Of a DNA stretch of 64,000 bases, positions 47,581-57,841 are shown one piece after another. Every line of letters begins with the position of its first letter. The stretch's first letter is position 1. The translations under genes were made by a program, and so were the position numbers. The notes below the pieces were generated by a model, which saw only the letters and a list, made by a program, of their open reading frames with translations, made no database searches and was not told the DNA's origin. Source of the DNA: Clostridiales bacterium (GTDB lineage Bacteria > Bacillota > Clostridia > Ch29); NCBI GenBank assembly GCA_012728565.1, contig JAAYEV010000103.1, forward strand, positions 11 to 64,010, in the 5' to 3' direction.

Positions 47581-48069
47581 TTACAACTTATCTCCGCAGG
47601 ATGGGCAAAACTCCGACCCCTGCTGAATTAATGCGCCGCACTTACCGCATACCGAGCCGTTCATTACCTCCACCCTGAAGTCTTCCTCATCCCCGACAAT
47701 TCTGGTCGGCCGTTCCAGTTCCCTGCCGCACACGTGGCAGTACCGCTGGGATGTGCCCACCACTTCACCGCACCCCCTGCACAGGGAACCCCCTTTAATC
47801 TGCACCACCTTGCGGTTTAGCCTGCTTATCTTGTAATATATCTCGTCTATGAGCTGGCACTTGTCCAAGACCGTTTTTTCCTTGAGATTTCCTTTCCTGT
47901 AGTCCTCGTAAACGGTTCTGCCTATTTCCTCGTATAAACTGTTTATTTTTTCCTTCTCAGAGGCAATATCCAGCTTGACCTTCGCAATCTCGAACAGTTC
48001 ACCGGACTTTTGCGACAGGGTCCTCGTACCCTGTGAAACCTTCCTGCTTAAATCGTCCCAAAAACTCAT
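47581..48069 (-). CDS. zinc-ribbon protein with N-terminal coiled-coil
   Basis: Two CxxC...CxxC zinc ribbons in the C-terminal half. Confidence 0.7.
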   Translation of the reverse strand: MSFWDDLSRKVSQGTRTLSQKSGELFEIAKVKLDIASEKEKINSLYEEIGRTVYEDYRKGNLKEKTVLDKCQLIDEIYYKISRLNRKVVQIKGGSLCRGCGEVVGTSQRYCHVCGRELERPTRIVGDEEDFRVEVMNGSVCGKCGALIQQGSEFCPSCGDKL

Positions 48070-48127
48070 TGGTTCTCCTCCTAAAATTCGTTCTAATTAC
48101 TATTATATTCAAAAGTCCCCGCCGGGT

Positions 48128-49039
48128 CTATTGCAACCCTGCGGTTTCTTTCCGACGCGCCGCCACAAGGTTAATTATGACCACCGCCGATAACACCAAT
48201 ACTATCCCCGTAAACTGTATAAAGCCTAGAGCCTCCTTTAGCACAAGCACCCCTAGGGCAACCGTCACCACCGGTTCGAAGGCGCTTAGGATTGCCGCCC
48301 TTGAAGGGCCTACCTCCTTCACTCCCAGGTAAAAGGTGATAATCGCAAGGGCGGTGGAAAACACGGCTATTATAAGCACCGCCGCCCAGCCCCTCAGTGT
48401 CATGCCGCTGTATATCTGCCCGGAGAAAAAACCCACAACCGACATGGTTACAGCGGAAGAGGAAACAATGCAGGCGGATACTACTATTGGGTCCAGGTCG
48501 TTAAGCGGCCGCGCAAAGTCTCCCCCCAGCAGTACTATATAGACGGAGTAGCATACCGCTGCCAAGACAGCCAGCAGCACTCCTGTTAAGTTGACATATA
48601 TGCCCGGTGCCCATACCATCATTGCGGTCCCGGAAAAGGCCATTACTAGGGCCGCAATCTGCCTTTTGTCCGTTTTTTCCTTCATGAAGATTATCATGTA
48701 CAGGCTGACAAATACCGGGTAAAGGTATAATCCCATGGCTGTAAGGCAGGCAGGTATAAAATTCAGCGAAGAAAAAAAGCATATGGATGTGGCTGCATAA
48801 AATACGCCGCCCAGCAAAAAAGTCCTTGCCAGATGGTCCCTTCCCAGTCGTACCTTTTTTAACCTGCCCGTTAACGCGTTGTAAATCCACATCAGTAGGG
48901 CGGCGGTGATATATCTCATGACCAGCACCGAAACCGCAGTCGCACCTTCCTGGTAGGCGATTTTTGCCACAATACCCATTATGCCGAATCCCGCCGCCGA
49001 TATAAGCACCAGAAGGTTACCCATTAGGTTCTTACTCAT
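48128..49039 (-). CDS. EamA/DMT-family transporter
   Basis: Ten TM helices with duplicated EamA halves. Confidence 0.8.
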   Translation of the reverse strand: MSKNLMGNLLVLISAAGFGIMGIVAKIAYQEGATAVSVLVMRYITAALLMWIYNALTGRLKKVRLGRDHLARTFLLGGVFYAATSICFFSSLNFIPACLTAMGLYLYPVFVSLYMIIFMKEKTDKRQIAALVMAFSGTAMMVWAPGIYVNLTGVLLAVLAAVCYSVYIVLLGGDFARPLNDLDPIVVSACIVSSSAVTMSVVGFFSGQIYSGMTLRGWAAVLIIAVFSTALAIITFYLGVKEVGPSRAAILSAFEPVVTVALGVLVLKEALGFIQFTGIVLVLSAVVIINLVAARRKETAGLQ

Positions 49040-49132
49040 ACCTCATCCCTGCCTATACATTATTTTCAGGCGGCGGCCCGGCCTAAGTCCCCGCTCTCTC
49101 CGACGGGAATCAAACCCGGCTGGGTCCCGGGA

Positions 49133-50398
49133 TTAGTCCAGCATGCCACCCATCTCAAAGGGCTCCAGGTAAAGGGGATGCTTCCTGCACAGGGCCAGCA
49201 CCCTTTCCCTGTATTCGTCTAGGTCCGCCCCGCCGTTTGCATTTTTTAGCAGCTTTATAATAATCTCCGCCACTTTGTCTATGTCCTCTTCCATGAATCC
49301 CCTGGAGGTCACCGCGGCAACTCCGATCCTAATCCCACTTGTGATGGCTGGGGACGTCGTGTCATAGGGAATCATGTTCTTGTTCACCGTAATACCCACT
49401 TTTTGCAGCAGTTCCTCAGCCTGCTGCCCGGTTATGCCGATAGGCCTTAAATCAACCAACATAAGGTGGTTGTCGGTCCCTCCCGACACGATTCTAAACC
49501 CGTTTCGCGCCAGGTTCTCTGCCATCCTTCGGGCATTTTTTATGACCCGGCCCTGGTATTCCCGGAACTGCTCGGTCATGGCTATTTTAAAGGTAACCGC
49601 CTTTGCCATTAAGTTGGGCAGTATAGGCCCGCCTTGTATGCCGGGGAAAATCGCCTTGTCCACCTTTTCGGCGTATTTCTCCTTGCACAGGATGATACCG
49701 CCCCGGGCACCCCTCATGGTCTTGGTGGTGGTGCTTGTGACAATGTCCGCATACGGCACCGGGCTGGGATGCAGCCCTGCGGCCACCAGGCCGGCGATAT
49801 GGGCCATATCCACCATGAAATAGGCTCCGACGCTGTCGGCTATATCCCTGAAGGCTTTAAAATCTATAATCCTTGAGTATGCGCTGGCACCGGCAATAAT
49901 AAGCTTCGGCCTGTGCTTTTTCGCAATACTTTCCACCTCGTCGTAGTCGATAAGCTCGGTTTCCCTGCTGACACCATAATCAACGGCATTATAGAACCTC
50001 CCCACGATGCTTACCCTGCTGCCATGGGACAGGTGACCCCCATGCTGCAGGTTCATTCCCATTATGGTATCGCCGGGATTAAGAAGCGCCATGAAGGCCG
50101 CCAGGTTTGCGTTTACCCCCGAATGGGGCTGTATGTTGGCGTGCTCCGCCCCGAACAGCTTTTTTGCCCTCTCAATACCTATGCTTTCAATCGGGTCAAT
50201 ATATTCGCAGCCGCCGTGATACCTTCTGCCCGGGTATCCTTCGGCGTACTTGTTGGTGAGTACCGAACCCTGGGCTTCCAGTACCGACGGGTACACAAAG
50301 TTCTCCGAGGCAATAAGCTCGATGGTAGTTATCTCCCTTACAAGTTCCTTTTCCAGCCAATGCGCTATCTCCGGGTCTACAATGTTCAGCCTGTTCAA
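49133..50398 (-). CDS. glyA: serine hydroxymethyltransferase
   Basis: PLP Lys in TTTKTMRG, and LIASENF and [10 protein letters not shown] motifs. Confidence 0.95.
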   Translation of the reverse strand: MNRLNIVDPEIAHWLEKELVREITTIELIASENFVYPSVLEAQGSVLTNKYAEGYPGRRYHGGCEYIDPIESIGIERAKKLFGAEHANIQPHSGVNANLAAFMALLNPGDTIMGMNLQHGGHLSHGSRVSIVGRFYNAVDYGVSRETELIDYDEVESIAKKHRPKLIIAGASAYSRIIDFKAFRDIADSVGAYFMVDMAHIAGLVAAGLHPSPVPYADIVTSTTTKTMRGARGGIILCKEKYAEKVDKAIFPGIQGGPILPNLMAKAVTFKIAMTEQFREYQGRVIKNARRMAENLARNGFRIVSGGTDNHLMLVDLRPIGITGQQAEELLQKVGITVNKNMIPYDTTSPAITSGIRIGVAAVTSRGFMEEDIDKVAEIIIKLLKNANGGADLDEYRERVLALCRKHPLYLEPFEMGGMLD

Positions 50399-50508
50399 TT
50401 CTACCCCTCCGTTTGTTTCTACTCTATTGGTTTATTGAGACCTTGATTAACAATATATATCTATTCTCCCATCAAGGCCTTATTCCTTTTTTTATCCGCC
50501 CGTTTTGT

Positions 50509-50537
50509 TTGCCCCTTCAGCCCCTTGCTGCTATAAT
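50509..50537 (+). promoter_or_regulatory. putative extended -10 promoter for kynU
   Basis: TTGCCC, a 17-nt spacer, then TGcTATAAT (50529-50537). Confidence 0.45.
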
Positions 50538-50621
50538 CTTGGATAGACGGTAGTTGGCAGCTTATGGTTTGTACTATCATCCAGTACTGTAACCTGTGAT
50601 TCTATAAAAAGGAGGTACCCT

Positions 50622-51914
50622 ATGTCGGAAAAATTTGATACCACCAGGGAAAGTGCCCTGCTTTTGGACGACCATGATAGTCTTAAAGACTTCAGGGAGC
50701 GCTTTTATCTGCCCGAAGGCAAAATCTACATGGATGGAAACTCCCTTGGCCTTCTTTCAAGGGAAGCCGAAAAGGCGCTGCTTAACGCCCTTGAGGACTT
50801 TAAAGTCCTCGGCATTGACGGCTGGATGGACGGCAGCCCTCCCTGGTTCACGTTGGCCGAAGAGATAGGAAAAAAACAGGCTGCGCTGGTGGGGGCAAAG
50901 GAAAACGAAGTGGTAGTCCATTCATCAAACACCGTGAACCTTCACAACCTGCTTTCCACCTTTTTCAGGCCGGAGGGCATAAGGAACAAAATCCTTATAG
51001 ACGAACTTAATTTCCCCTCCGACAGGTACGCGGCGGAAGGCCACCTGCTGCTGCGCGGCTTGGACCCTGCAAAGCACTTGGTGGTTGTTAAGAGCCGGGA
51101 CGGAAGAACCATAGAAGAAGATGACATTGTGGAGGTCATGACCGACGAGGTGGCACTGGCGATACTACCTTCGGTGCTTTACCGCAGCGGCCAGCTTCTT
51201 GATATGCAGTACCTTACGAAAGAGGCGCACAAAAGAGGCATCCTGGTTGGGTTTGACTGCTGCCACTCGGTGGGGGTGGTGCCCCACAGCTTTTCCGAAT
51301 GGGGAGTGGACTTTGCCTTCTGGTGCAATTACAAGTACCTAAACAGCGGCCCCGGCGCCACCGCCAGCCTGTATATAAACAGCAGGCACTTTGACAAAAA
51401 GCCCGGGCTGTGGGGATGGTGGGGCTACGACAAGGCGAAACAGTTCGATATGAACCCCGACTTCCAACCGGCGCCGGATGCCGGCGCCTGGCAGATTGGG
51501 ACGGTACATGTTTTCAGTGCTGCGCCGCTTTACGGGTCCATGAAGATATTTGAACAGGCGGGAATACAAAACATAAGGGAAAAGTCCCTCAGGCAGACCG
51601 GGTACCTGATGTTTCTTATAGACAGCCTGCTCTCAAGAGAGCCTTACAACTTCCGTGTCGGCACCCCCAGGGACCCCCGCCGCAGGGGCGGACACGTGGC
51701 ACTGGAGCACGATACCGAAGCCGTAAGAATAAACGCTGCCCTCAAAAAACGGGGTGTCATACCGGACTTTCGCTTCCCAAATGTAATACGCCTTGCACCT
51801 ATAGCGCTCTATACCTCCTACCTCGAAATATGGCAGGTGGTGCAGCATATCAAGGAAATAATGGATACAGGGGAATACCAAAACTTCCCCCGGGAAAGGG
51901 GAACGGTATCATAA
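50622..51914 (+). CDS. kynU: kynureninase
   Basis: PLP fold-type I enzyme; N-terminus (FYLPEGKIYMDGNSLGL) and length match KynU. RBS AAAGGAGG. Confidence 0.85.
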   Translation: MSEKFDTTRESALLLDDHDSLKDFRERFYLPEGKIYMDGNSLGLLSREAEKALLNALEDFKVLGIDGWMDGSPPWFTLAEEIGKKQAALVGAKENEVVVHSSNTVNLHNLLSTFFRPEGIRNKILIDELNFPSDRYAAEGHLLLRGLDPAKHLVVVKSRDGRTIEEDDIVEVMTDEVALAILPSVLYRSGQLLDMQYLTKEAHKRGILVGFDCCHSVGVVPHSFSEWGVDFAFWCNYKYLNSGPGATASLYINSRHFDKKPGLWGWWGYDKAKQFDMNPDFQPAPDAGAWQIGTVHVFSAAPLYGSMKIFEQAGIQNIREKSLRQTGYLMFLIDSLLSREPYNFRVGTPRDPRRRGGHVALEHDTEAVRINAALKKRGVIPDFRFPNVIRLAPIALYTSYLEIWQVVQHIKEIMDTGEYQNFPRERGTVS

Positions 51915-51916
51915 AA

Positions 51917-51946
51917 ACAAAGCGGGTCTTTACCCGCTTTGTTTTT
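51917..51946. terminator. bidirectional terminator (kynU / GH18 gene)
   Basis: AAACAAAGCGGGT-cttt-ACCCGCTTTGTTT palindrome with flanking A and T runs. Confidence 0.8.
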
Positions 51947-53267
51947 ATGCCGAAATCCTCTTTTCAATTACATCCCAAACCCCGGCGTCCTCAAGGCCTA
52001 ACCTCCACAGCGCGATACCGCCTATATTGTATTCTTTCACTATATCCAGCTTGTGCTCAAGGCTGGATTTGCTCTCAAACCACACCTCGTGGTACTGCCC
52101 GTTTTGGGTGTACTTGAAATAGGGCACCCTGGCGACGTTATCCCACTGTATCTTGGCACCCATTGAGGAGGCCAGGTTCACCGCCTGGGAATAGGAGATA
52201 TAGCGGGCGCCTTTTTTGCCCACCGTCCAGTCGAACCCGTAGCCCGGCACTCCCATCAATATCTTGCCGGCCGGGATTTGCCCGACAGCGTACTTCATTA
52301 CATCCCTAACCCAGCCGTACGAAGCCACCGGCCCCGGACCGCTGGAATAACCGTGCTCGTCGTAAGTCATTATCACCACATTGTCAGAGTATTTTGCAAT
52401 TTCCTTGTAGTCGAAAGGCCCCGACCAGGTGTTTTTCAGGCTGTCGCTGGTCTTTGCCGGTACGCATACGGTTATCCTATATCCCTTGGGAGACAGCCTT
52501 TCATAGAGCTCCTTTATAAGGGCGGAAAATCTTTCCCTGTCCGCCACATAGATGTTTTCTATGTCAATGTTTATTCCATCGTATCCGAACTTTTCAAGGA
52601 CTGCCTCAACATTGTCAATAAATGCTTTTCGGCTTTCGCCGGTAGCCAGCATCTTCTTTGCCAGTTCCTTTCCGTTGGCCTTGCCGCCGTACAGCATATT
52701 GTGCACCAGCATCAGCACTTCCATGTCCTGTGCATGGGCTTTGTCAATAATTCTTTTCATCTTTTCATCGGTAAACCCTTCCTCCGGGTGGTGCTGCTGC
52801 AGAATGCTTGCGTCCGCCGGAGACAGCCGGTACCAGAACGGGGCGACGGCGCTTATGTTTTTGCCGTACTTGACCATCCTGTCATAGGAACTGGGCAGTA
52901 TATGTTCATCGTCCACGTAAAATCCCAGCACATACCGGCTGCCCAACCGCGAAGAGGAACCTGTGACGTTTTCCCCGTCGTATGTATCCCGACCATCGCC
53001 GTCCTCCGGCTGCTTTTTACCGTCCCTTTCATTCCGGCCCAGCCCTGACGGTTTGCCGTCCGCGTCATCGCTCCCTTTGGCATAGGCCTTTAATACCGGG
53101 GAAACATCCGGCTGAAGCATATAGTTTTCCTTCGTTTCCAGCTCCACCGTACCGGCCTTTCCCCCGGCGGCCGGAACAGGCGAGCTGCTGCCGAAAGCTG
53201 TTACAAGCATCAATGCGAGGATGGATACCGCTGCAAATACTGTTCTTTCCTTTACCAAAGTACTCAT
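51945..53267 (-). CDS. secreted glycoside hydrolase family 18 (YdhD/YaaH-like spore peptidoglycan hydrolase type)
   Basis: GH18 DxxDxDxE motif (DGINIDIE). Signal peptide. Start at the ATG at 53267 after GGGAGG. Confidence 0.8.
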   Translation of the reverse strand: MSTLVKERTVFAAVSILALMLVTAFGSSSPVPAAGGKAGTVELETKENYMLQPDVSPVLKAYAKGSDDADGKPSGLGRNERDGKKQPEDGDGRDTYDGENVTGSSSRLGSRYVLGFYVDDEHILPSSYDRMVKYGKNISAVAPFWYRLSPADASILQQHHPEEGFTDEKMKRIIDKAHAQDMEVLMLVHNMLYGGKANGKELAKKMLATGESRKAFIDNVEAVLEKFGYDGINIDIENIYVADRERFSALIKELYERLSPKGYRITVCVPAKTSDSLKNTWSGPFDYKEIAKYSDNVVIMTYDEHGYSSGPGPVASYGWVRDVMKYAVGQIPAGKILMGVPGYGFDWTVGKKGARYISYSQAVNLASSMGAKIQWDNVARVPYFKYTQNGQYHEVWFESKSSLEHKLDIVKEYNIGGIALWRLGLEDAGVWDVIEKRISA

Positions 53268-53490
53268 CGTAGCCTCCCTGATGATATGCCGTCCTTTCGA
53301 TTGTATCACGCCCGGGCGGGGCTATCACCCTGAAAATCATGGCAGAAAAAAGACATGGGGACGGTTCTTCTGTCTATCCAAAAGAGCGCTAACGGTAAAA
53401 GGATTATTATAATTTTAGAAGAAATACTAGTAAAGGGCTGAAGTAACAAGGTGTTCTAACTGTATATATAAAATATAAGGGGTTGTGTAA

Positions 53491-53904
53491 ATGGACATAG
53501 TAAGCGCATGCCTTTGCGGCATTAACTGCAAATATGACGGAAAAAACAATCTCAACACGGCTCTAATGGAAAGGGTAATGCGGGGAGAACTGCTGCCGGT
53601 ATGCCCGGAAGTCTTGGGCGGGCTGTCGATACCCCGGGTCCCATGCGAAATAAAGGATGGCAGGGTATATACCAGGGACGGAAGGGACGTTACGGAAGAG
53701 TTTTATCTTGGCGCAAAAAAAACCCTGGAAATCGCCAGGGCAGCCGGTGCAAAAAGGGCCTTCCTTAAGCAGAGAAGCCCCTCCTGCGGCTGCGGTAAAG
53801 TCTATGACGGAAACTTTTCGGGAAAAATAGTACCCGGTGATGGTATTACAGCCGCCCTTTTAAAACAAAACGGTATCGAGGTTATAACCGAAGAAGACTT
53901 ATAA
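53491..53904 (+). CDS. DUF523 domain protein (TudS-like [4Fe-4S] family)
   Basis: Conserved Cys pattern (CLCGINCKYDG, CPEV, CGCG) typical of DUF523. Confidence 0.75.
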   Translation: MDIVSACLCGINCKYDGKNNLNTALMERVMRGELLPVCPEVLGGLSIPRVPCEIKDGRVYTRDGRDVTEEFYLGAKKTLEIARAAGAKRAFLKQRSPSCGCGKVYDGNFSGKIVPGDGITAALLKQNGIEVITEEDL

Positions 53905-53910
53905 AAAAGC

Positions 53911-53945
53911 TTCCGGAAAAACTTCATCCGGAAGCCAAACTTTTA
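53911..53945. terminator. bidirectional terminator (strong for the tRNA strand)
   Basis: GCTTCCGGA-aaaacttca-TCCGGAAGC. The minus-strand reading is followed by TTTTTTAT immediately 3' of the tRNA. Confidence 0.75.
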
Positions 53946-54022
53946 TGGTCGGAGTGAGAGGATTTGAACCTCCGGCCTCTGCGTCCCGAACGCAGCGCTC
54001 TACCAAACTGAGCCACACCCCG
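53946..54022 (-). tRNA. tRNA-Pro (anticodon CGG)
   Basis: Cloverleaf readable by eye: acceptor stem CGGGGTG/CACTCCG with C1-G72, anticodon stem CTGCG/CGCAG with loop TTCGGGA, TpsiC arm GGTTCAAATCC, and an encoded 3' CCA. Confidence 0.85.
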
Positions 54023-54041
54023 GTTTTCACGTTACTATTGT

Positions 54042-54070
54042 AGTATAACTTAAAAGAAACAAAAAATCAA
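54042..54070 (-). promoter_or_regulatory. sigma-A promoter of tRNA-Pro
   Basis: On the minus strand: TTGATT, a 17-nt spacer, then TATACT, about 13 nt upstream of the mature 5' end. Confidence 0.55.
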
Positions 54071-54117
54071 CTGTATTACTATGGCAATATAAAAACGCCA
54101 TATACCGTTGAAGGATA

Positions 54118-54156
54118 AAAAAGCTGCCGGGCTATGGCATAACCCGGCAGCTTTTT
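54118..54156. terminator. bidirectional terminator downstream of the aminotransferase gene
   Basis: AAAAAGCTGCCGGG-ctatggcataa-CCCGGCAGCTTTTTT. Confidence 0.75.
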
Positions 54157-54161
54157 TAGCT

Positions 54162-55307
54162 CTATTTTACCAAGTGCTGCTGCAGCACTCCCACGCCTTT
54201 TCCAAGTTCCACCGTCATACCGGCCCGATACATCGCCCTTTCTATGGTAGCAATTACCGAAACCAGGTCGTGTTTGTCTATGTTGCCCATATGGCCCAGC
54301 CTGAACATTTTACCCGCATAGGCTCCCAGTCCGCCGGCCACCATTATGCCTTCCTCCGCCAAAAGGCCTCTGAACTTCGCGTCGTCGGTTCCTTCGGGAT
54401 AAACCAGGTTTGACAGCGTAACCGCCCTGCGGCCTTTTTCCGCCAGTATCCTGAACCCAAGGGTCTCGAGTGCCGCCTGCATCGCAGCGGCGTTTTTCCT
54501 GTGCCTTTCGTACCTGTTTTCGATACCCTCTTCCTTTATTATCCTCACCGACTCCTTAAGGGCCCAAACCATGTTGACCGCCGGTGTTGCATAATACTTG
54601 GAGGGGTCGTTCATGATGGGAATCCATTTTTCGAAGTCGATAAAGTACTCCGGAATGGACCCAAGGCTTTTCCTTTTATCCAGGGCTTTCTGGTTTACCC
54701 ACAGCATTGTAAGCCCGGGAGGTACGCCAAAGGCTTTTTGCGAGCCGGTAAACAGTATATCTATTCCCATGTCGTCCACGTATTCCGGTTCGGCCGCGGT
54801 GGCGCAGACACCGTCCACTATGTATATGGTCTCCGGGAACTCCTTCATCATTTTGCCTATCTCGGCCACCGGCGCACACACGCCTGTGGAAGTGTCCACA
54901 TGGGTTACTGTCATAGCGGCGTACTTTTTCTCGCCCAGCTTTTCCCTTATTTTTTCAACGGGAACTATCTTACCCCATTCACTGGAAAGGATATCAACGT
55001 TCAGTCCCTTTCTCTCGCACAGTTCTATGAAACGGTCCCCGAAGAATCCGTGGGAAACTATAAGTACGTTGTCACCCTTCTTTGTGGTATTTGCAATGGC
55101 CATTTCCATACCCATGGTGCCGCTGCCTGCAATAACAAACACTTCCCCGCTGCACTTGAACAATACCTTTAAATCTTCCAACAGCCCTTTAAAGTCCTTT
55201 ACAAATTCAGGGTCACCGAAGGCTACCGTCTCCCTGCCCATCTGGTCCTGGATGGACCTAGTAACCGGAGTCGGGCCTGGAATCATAACTAGTTTCCTGG
55301 TTTTCAT
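54162..55307 (-). CDS. class V aminotransferase (alanine-glyoxylate/serine-pyruvate aminotransferase family)
   Basis: PLP Lys in FTGSQKAFG; 381 aa. Confidence 0.85.
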   Translation of the reverse strand: MKTRKLVMIPGPTPVTRSIQDQMGRETVAFGDPEFVKDFKGLLEDLKVLFKCSGEVFVIAGSGTMGMEMAIANTTKKGDNVLIVSHGFFGDRFIELCERKGLNVDILSSEWGKIVPVEKIREKLGEKKYAAMTVTHVDTSTGVCAPVAEIGKMMKEFPETIYIVDGVCATAAEPEYVDDMGIDILFTGSQKAFGVPPGLTMLWVNQKALDKRKSLGSIPEYFIDFEKWIPIMNDPSKYYATPAVNMVWALKESVRIIKEEGIENRYERHRKNAAAMQAALETLGFRILAEKGRRAVTLSNLVYPEGTDDAKFRGLLAEEGIMVAGGLGAYAGKMFRLGHMGNIDKHDLVSVIATIERAMYRAGMTVELGKGVGVLQQHLVK

Positions 55308-55398
55308 AAAAACCCTCCTCGTCTATTTTTTGTTTCATATTTTTGTATCATTATATGTATGTTATATGTATGTTCCAAATTTAATTATAGCGCATTTA

Positions 55399-57768
55399 TC
55401 ATTTCAATTCTACCACCGTAACACCGTCCCCGCCCTCCCCGAAACTGCCCCTTCTAAACGAGGCTACGTACCGGTTGGACCTTAAAAGCTGCTGGATACC
55501 GCTCCTTAAAACTCCGGTGCCCTTGCCGTGTATTATTACAACCTGTTTTAAACCGGAAAGGTGCGCATCGTCCAGGTATTTATCCACGGTGATCATTGCC
55601 TCTTCCAGTACCTGGCCCCTAACATCCACTTGGGCGGAAATGGTAGCGGCCTTTGACAGGGAACCGGCGCCCTGACTGATTTCTTTTGGCTTAATTTCCT
55701 CCTCCACCTTTTCCAGGTTGCCCAGTTTTACCTTTATCTTCATAATACCTACCTGCACCAGCGCTTCATCGTCGTACTTCTCCAGCACCGTACCCTTCTG
55801 GGCCAGGCTTATCACCCTGACCGGGTCGCCGGGCTTCAAGTCCCGGGGCTGTCTGCCGGCACCCTCGCCGGTAATGCCGGAGCTTAAGGCTTCCTCCAAC
55901 TTTTCTATGTCCCATCGAATCTTCTGCCGTACCTGCTCTATCCTTCTGTTCCTTTCGGTGCTTTCAACGGCGGTAAGGCTTCTCAGTTCCTTGATAAGGT
56001 CCGCCGCTTCTTCACCGGCATGCTCTAGAATTCTCTTTGCTTCGGCCCTTGCCTGCTGCAAAATTTTTTCCTGTCTTTCCTCCAGCCGCCTGGCCTTATT
56101 CTGGTATTCCAACTTTACCCTTTCCACTTCCTGTCTTAAGCGCCGAGCCCATTCCTTCTCCTGCTCCGCCTCCCTTTTATTCCTTTCCAGGTCCCCTATG
56201 AGGTCTTCCAACCGGACCTCCTCCCCGGTAAGGTACATGGAAGCGCTCTCAATAAGGCTTTCACTGAGACCCAGCCGCTTGGATATTTCGAAGGCGTTGG
56301 ACTTTCCCGGGATGCCTATTGTAAGCCTGTAGGTGGGGCTTAGGGTTTCCACGTCAAACTCCACGCTGGCGTTCTCCACCCGCTCCTTGGTAAGGGCATA
56401 CTGCTTAAGTTCGCTGTAATGGGTGGTGGCGATGGTGCATATCCTTCTGCTGCGAAGGTAATCCAGTATCGCCATAGCCAGGGCGGCGCCCTCGGTAGGG
56501 TCTGTACCCGCTCCCAGTTCATCCAAAAGCACCAGGCTGCCACGGCTCGCCTGTCTCAGTATATCCACAATGTTGGACATATGGGACGAAAAGGTGCTGA
56601 GGCTTTGTTCTATACTCTGCTCGTCACCGATATCCGCAAAAACGTCCCTGTATACGGCTAGCTCGGTTCCTTCCTGGCAGGGAACCTGAAGCCCCGCCTG
56701 GGCCATAAGCACCATCAGTCCCACCGTCTTAAGTGTGACCGTTTTACCACCGGTGTTCGGGCCGGTTATCACCAGCACGTCGAAGTCCCTGCCCAGGTGC
56801 ACGCTTATTGGTACCACGACCTTCGGGTCTATCAGCGGGTGCCTTGCTTTCTTTAAGTTTATGTACCCCGATGTATTGTATAAGGGTCGGGTTGCTTCCA
56901 TCTCCAGCCCCAGCTTTCCCCGGGCAAACATAACATCAAGCTCCGTCAAGATTCCCATGTTGGTACGTATATCGTCCAGTACGTCACTCACAAGCAGTGT
57001 AAGGGTTGACAGTATTCTCTCTATTTCAAGTTTTTCCTTGGCTGAAAGTTCCCTCAGCCTGTTATTCAGCTCCACCACCGCCATGGGCTCGATAAAAAGG
57101 GTAGCCCCGGTGGAGGACTGGTCGTGTACTATACCGGGCACACTGCCCCTGTACTCCTGCTTTACCGGAAGCACATACCTGTCTCCCCGGGTTGTGACTA
57201 TAGCATCCTGCAGGTATTTCTGGAAACCGGCGGAGGCCACCATTGAGTTTAATTTAGCCCTTATCTCCTCGTTTATCGAACCCACCTGTCGGCGAATATT
57301 CCTAAGGGTAGGGCTTGCATGGTCTGCTATTTGCCCAGGGCCCTCTATACACCTTGTAATTTCCTTCTCCACTCTCGGGTGGGGAACAAGGCTCTCCACA
57401 ATTGCCCTTAGGGTGTCAAACCCTTCTTCGCGGCCGCCCCGGGGGGCTTTCATGTATTCCTTCATACCGGCGGCACAGCGCAGTAGGTCGGCCACTGCCA
57501 GCAGCTGCTCGGAATCCAGTACCCCTCCGGCCTCCACCCTCTTCAGCACCGGCCCAAGGTCGGTAACACCGCCCAGCGGGGGCAAGCCCTTTTTGACCAG
57601 GGCCTTTATGCATTCGGCGGTCTCCTGCTGCAGCCTTTCCACTTCATCAAGATGACATGAAGGCCTTACCTGTAAGCACCTTTTCCTCCCCGCCTCGGAT
57701 GCCGCCATTTCAGACAACCTTTTAATAATTTTATCGAATTCCAGCGTTTCCAACGTTCTGTCCTTCAT
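55399..57768 (-). CDS. mutS2: endonuclease MutS2 (MutS ATPase domain + C-terminal Smr nuclease)
   Basis: Walker A ITGPNTGGKT and a C-terminal Smr domain (VIIHGKGTGVLR). Confidence 0.92.
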   Translation of the reverse strand: MKDRTLETLEFDKIIKRLSEMAASEAGRKRCLQVRPSCHLDEVERLQQETAECIKALVKKGLPPLGGVTDLGPVLKRVEAGGVLDSEQLLAVADLLRCAAGMKEYMKAPRGGREEGFDTLRAIVESLVPHPRVEKEITRCIEGPGQIADHASPTLRNIRRQVGSINEEIRAKLNSMVASAGFQKYLQDAIVTTRGDRYVLPVKQEYRGSVPGIVHDQSSTGATLFIEPMAVVELNNRLRELSAKEKLEIERILSTLTLLVSDVLDDIRTNMGILTELDVMFARGKLGLEMEATRPLYNTSGYINLKKARHPLIDPKVVVPISVHLGRDFDVLVITGPNTGGKTVTLKTVGLMVLMAQAGLQVPCQEGTELAVYRDVFADIGDEQSIEQSLSTFSSHMSNIVDILRQASRGSLVLLDELGAGTDPTEGAALAMAILDYLRSRRICTIATTHYSELKQYALTKERVENASVEFDVETLSPTYRLTIGIPGKSNAFEISKRLGLSESLIESASMYLTGEEVRLEDLIGDLERNKREAEQEKEWARRLRQEVERVKLEYQNKARRLEERQEKILQQARAEAKRILEHAGEEAADLIKELRSLTAVESTERNRRIEQVRQKIRWDIEKLEEALSSGITGEGAGRQPRDLKPGDPVRVISLAQKGTVLEKYDDEALVQVGIMKIKVKLGNLEKVEEEIKPKEISQGAGSLSKAATISAQVDVRGQVLEEAMITVDKYLDDAHLSGLKQVVIIHGKGTGVLRSGIQQLLRSNRYVASFRRGSFGEGGDGVTVVELK

Positions 57769-57841
57769 TGTCCCGCCCCTTTGTTTCTGAGGTCAGCAGT
57801 CGGCACCTGTGACCTGTAATCTAATAATTATGTCCCGGTCC

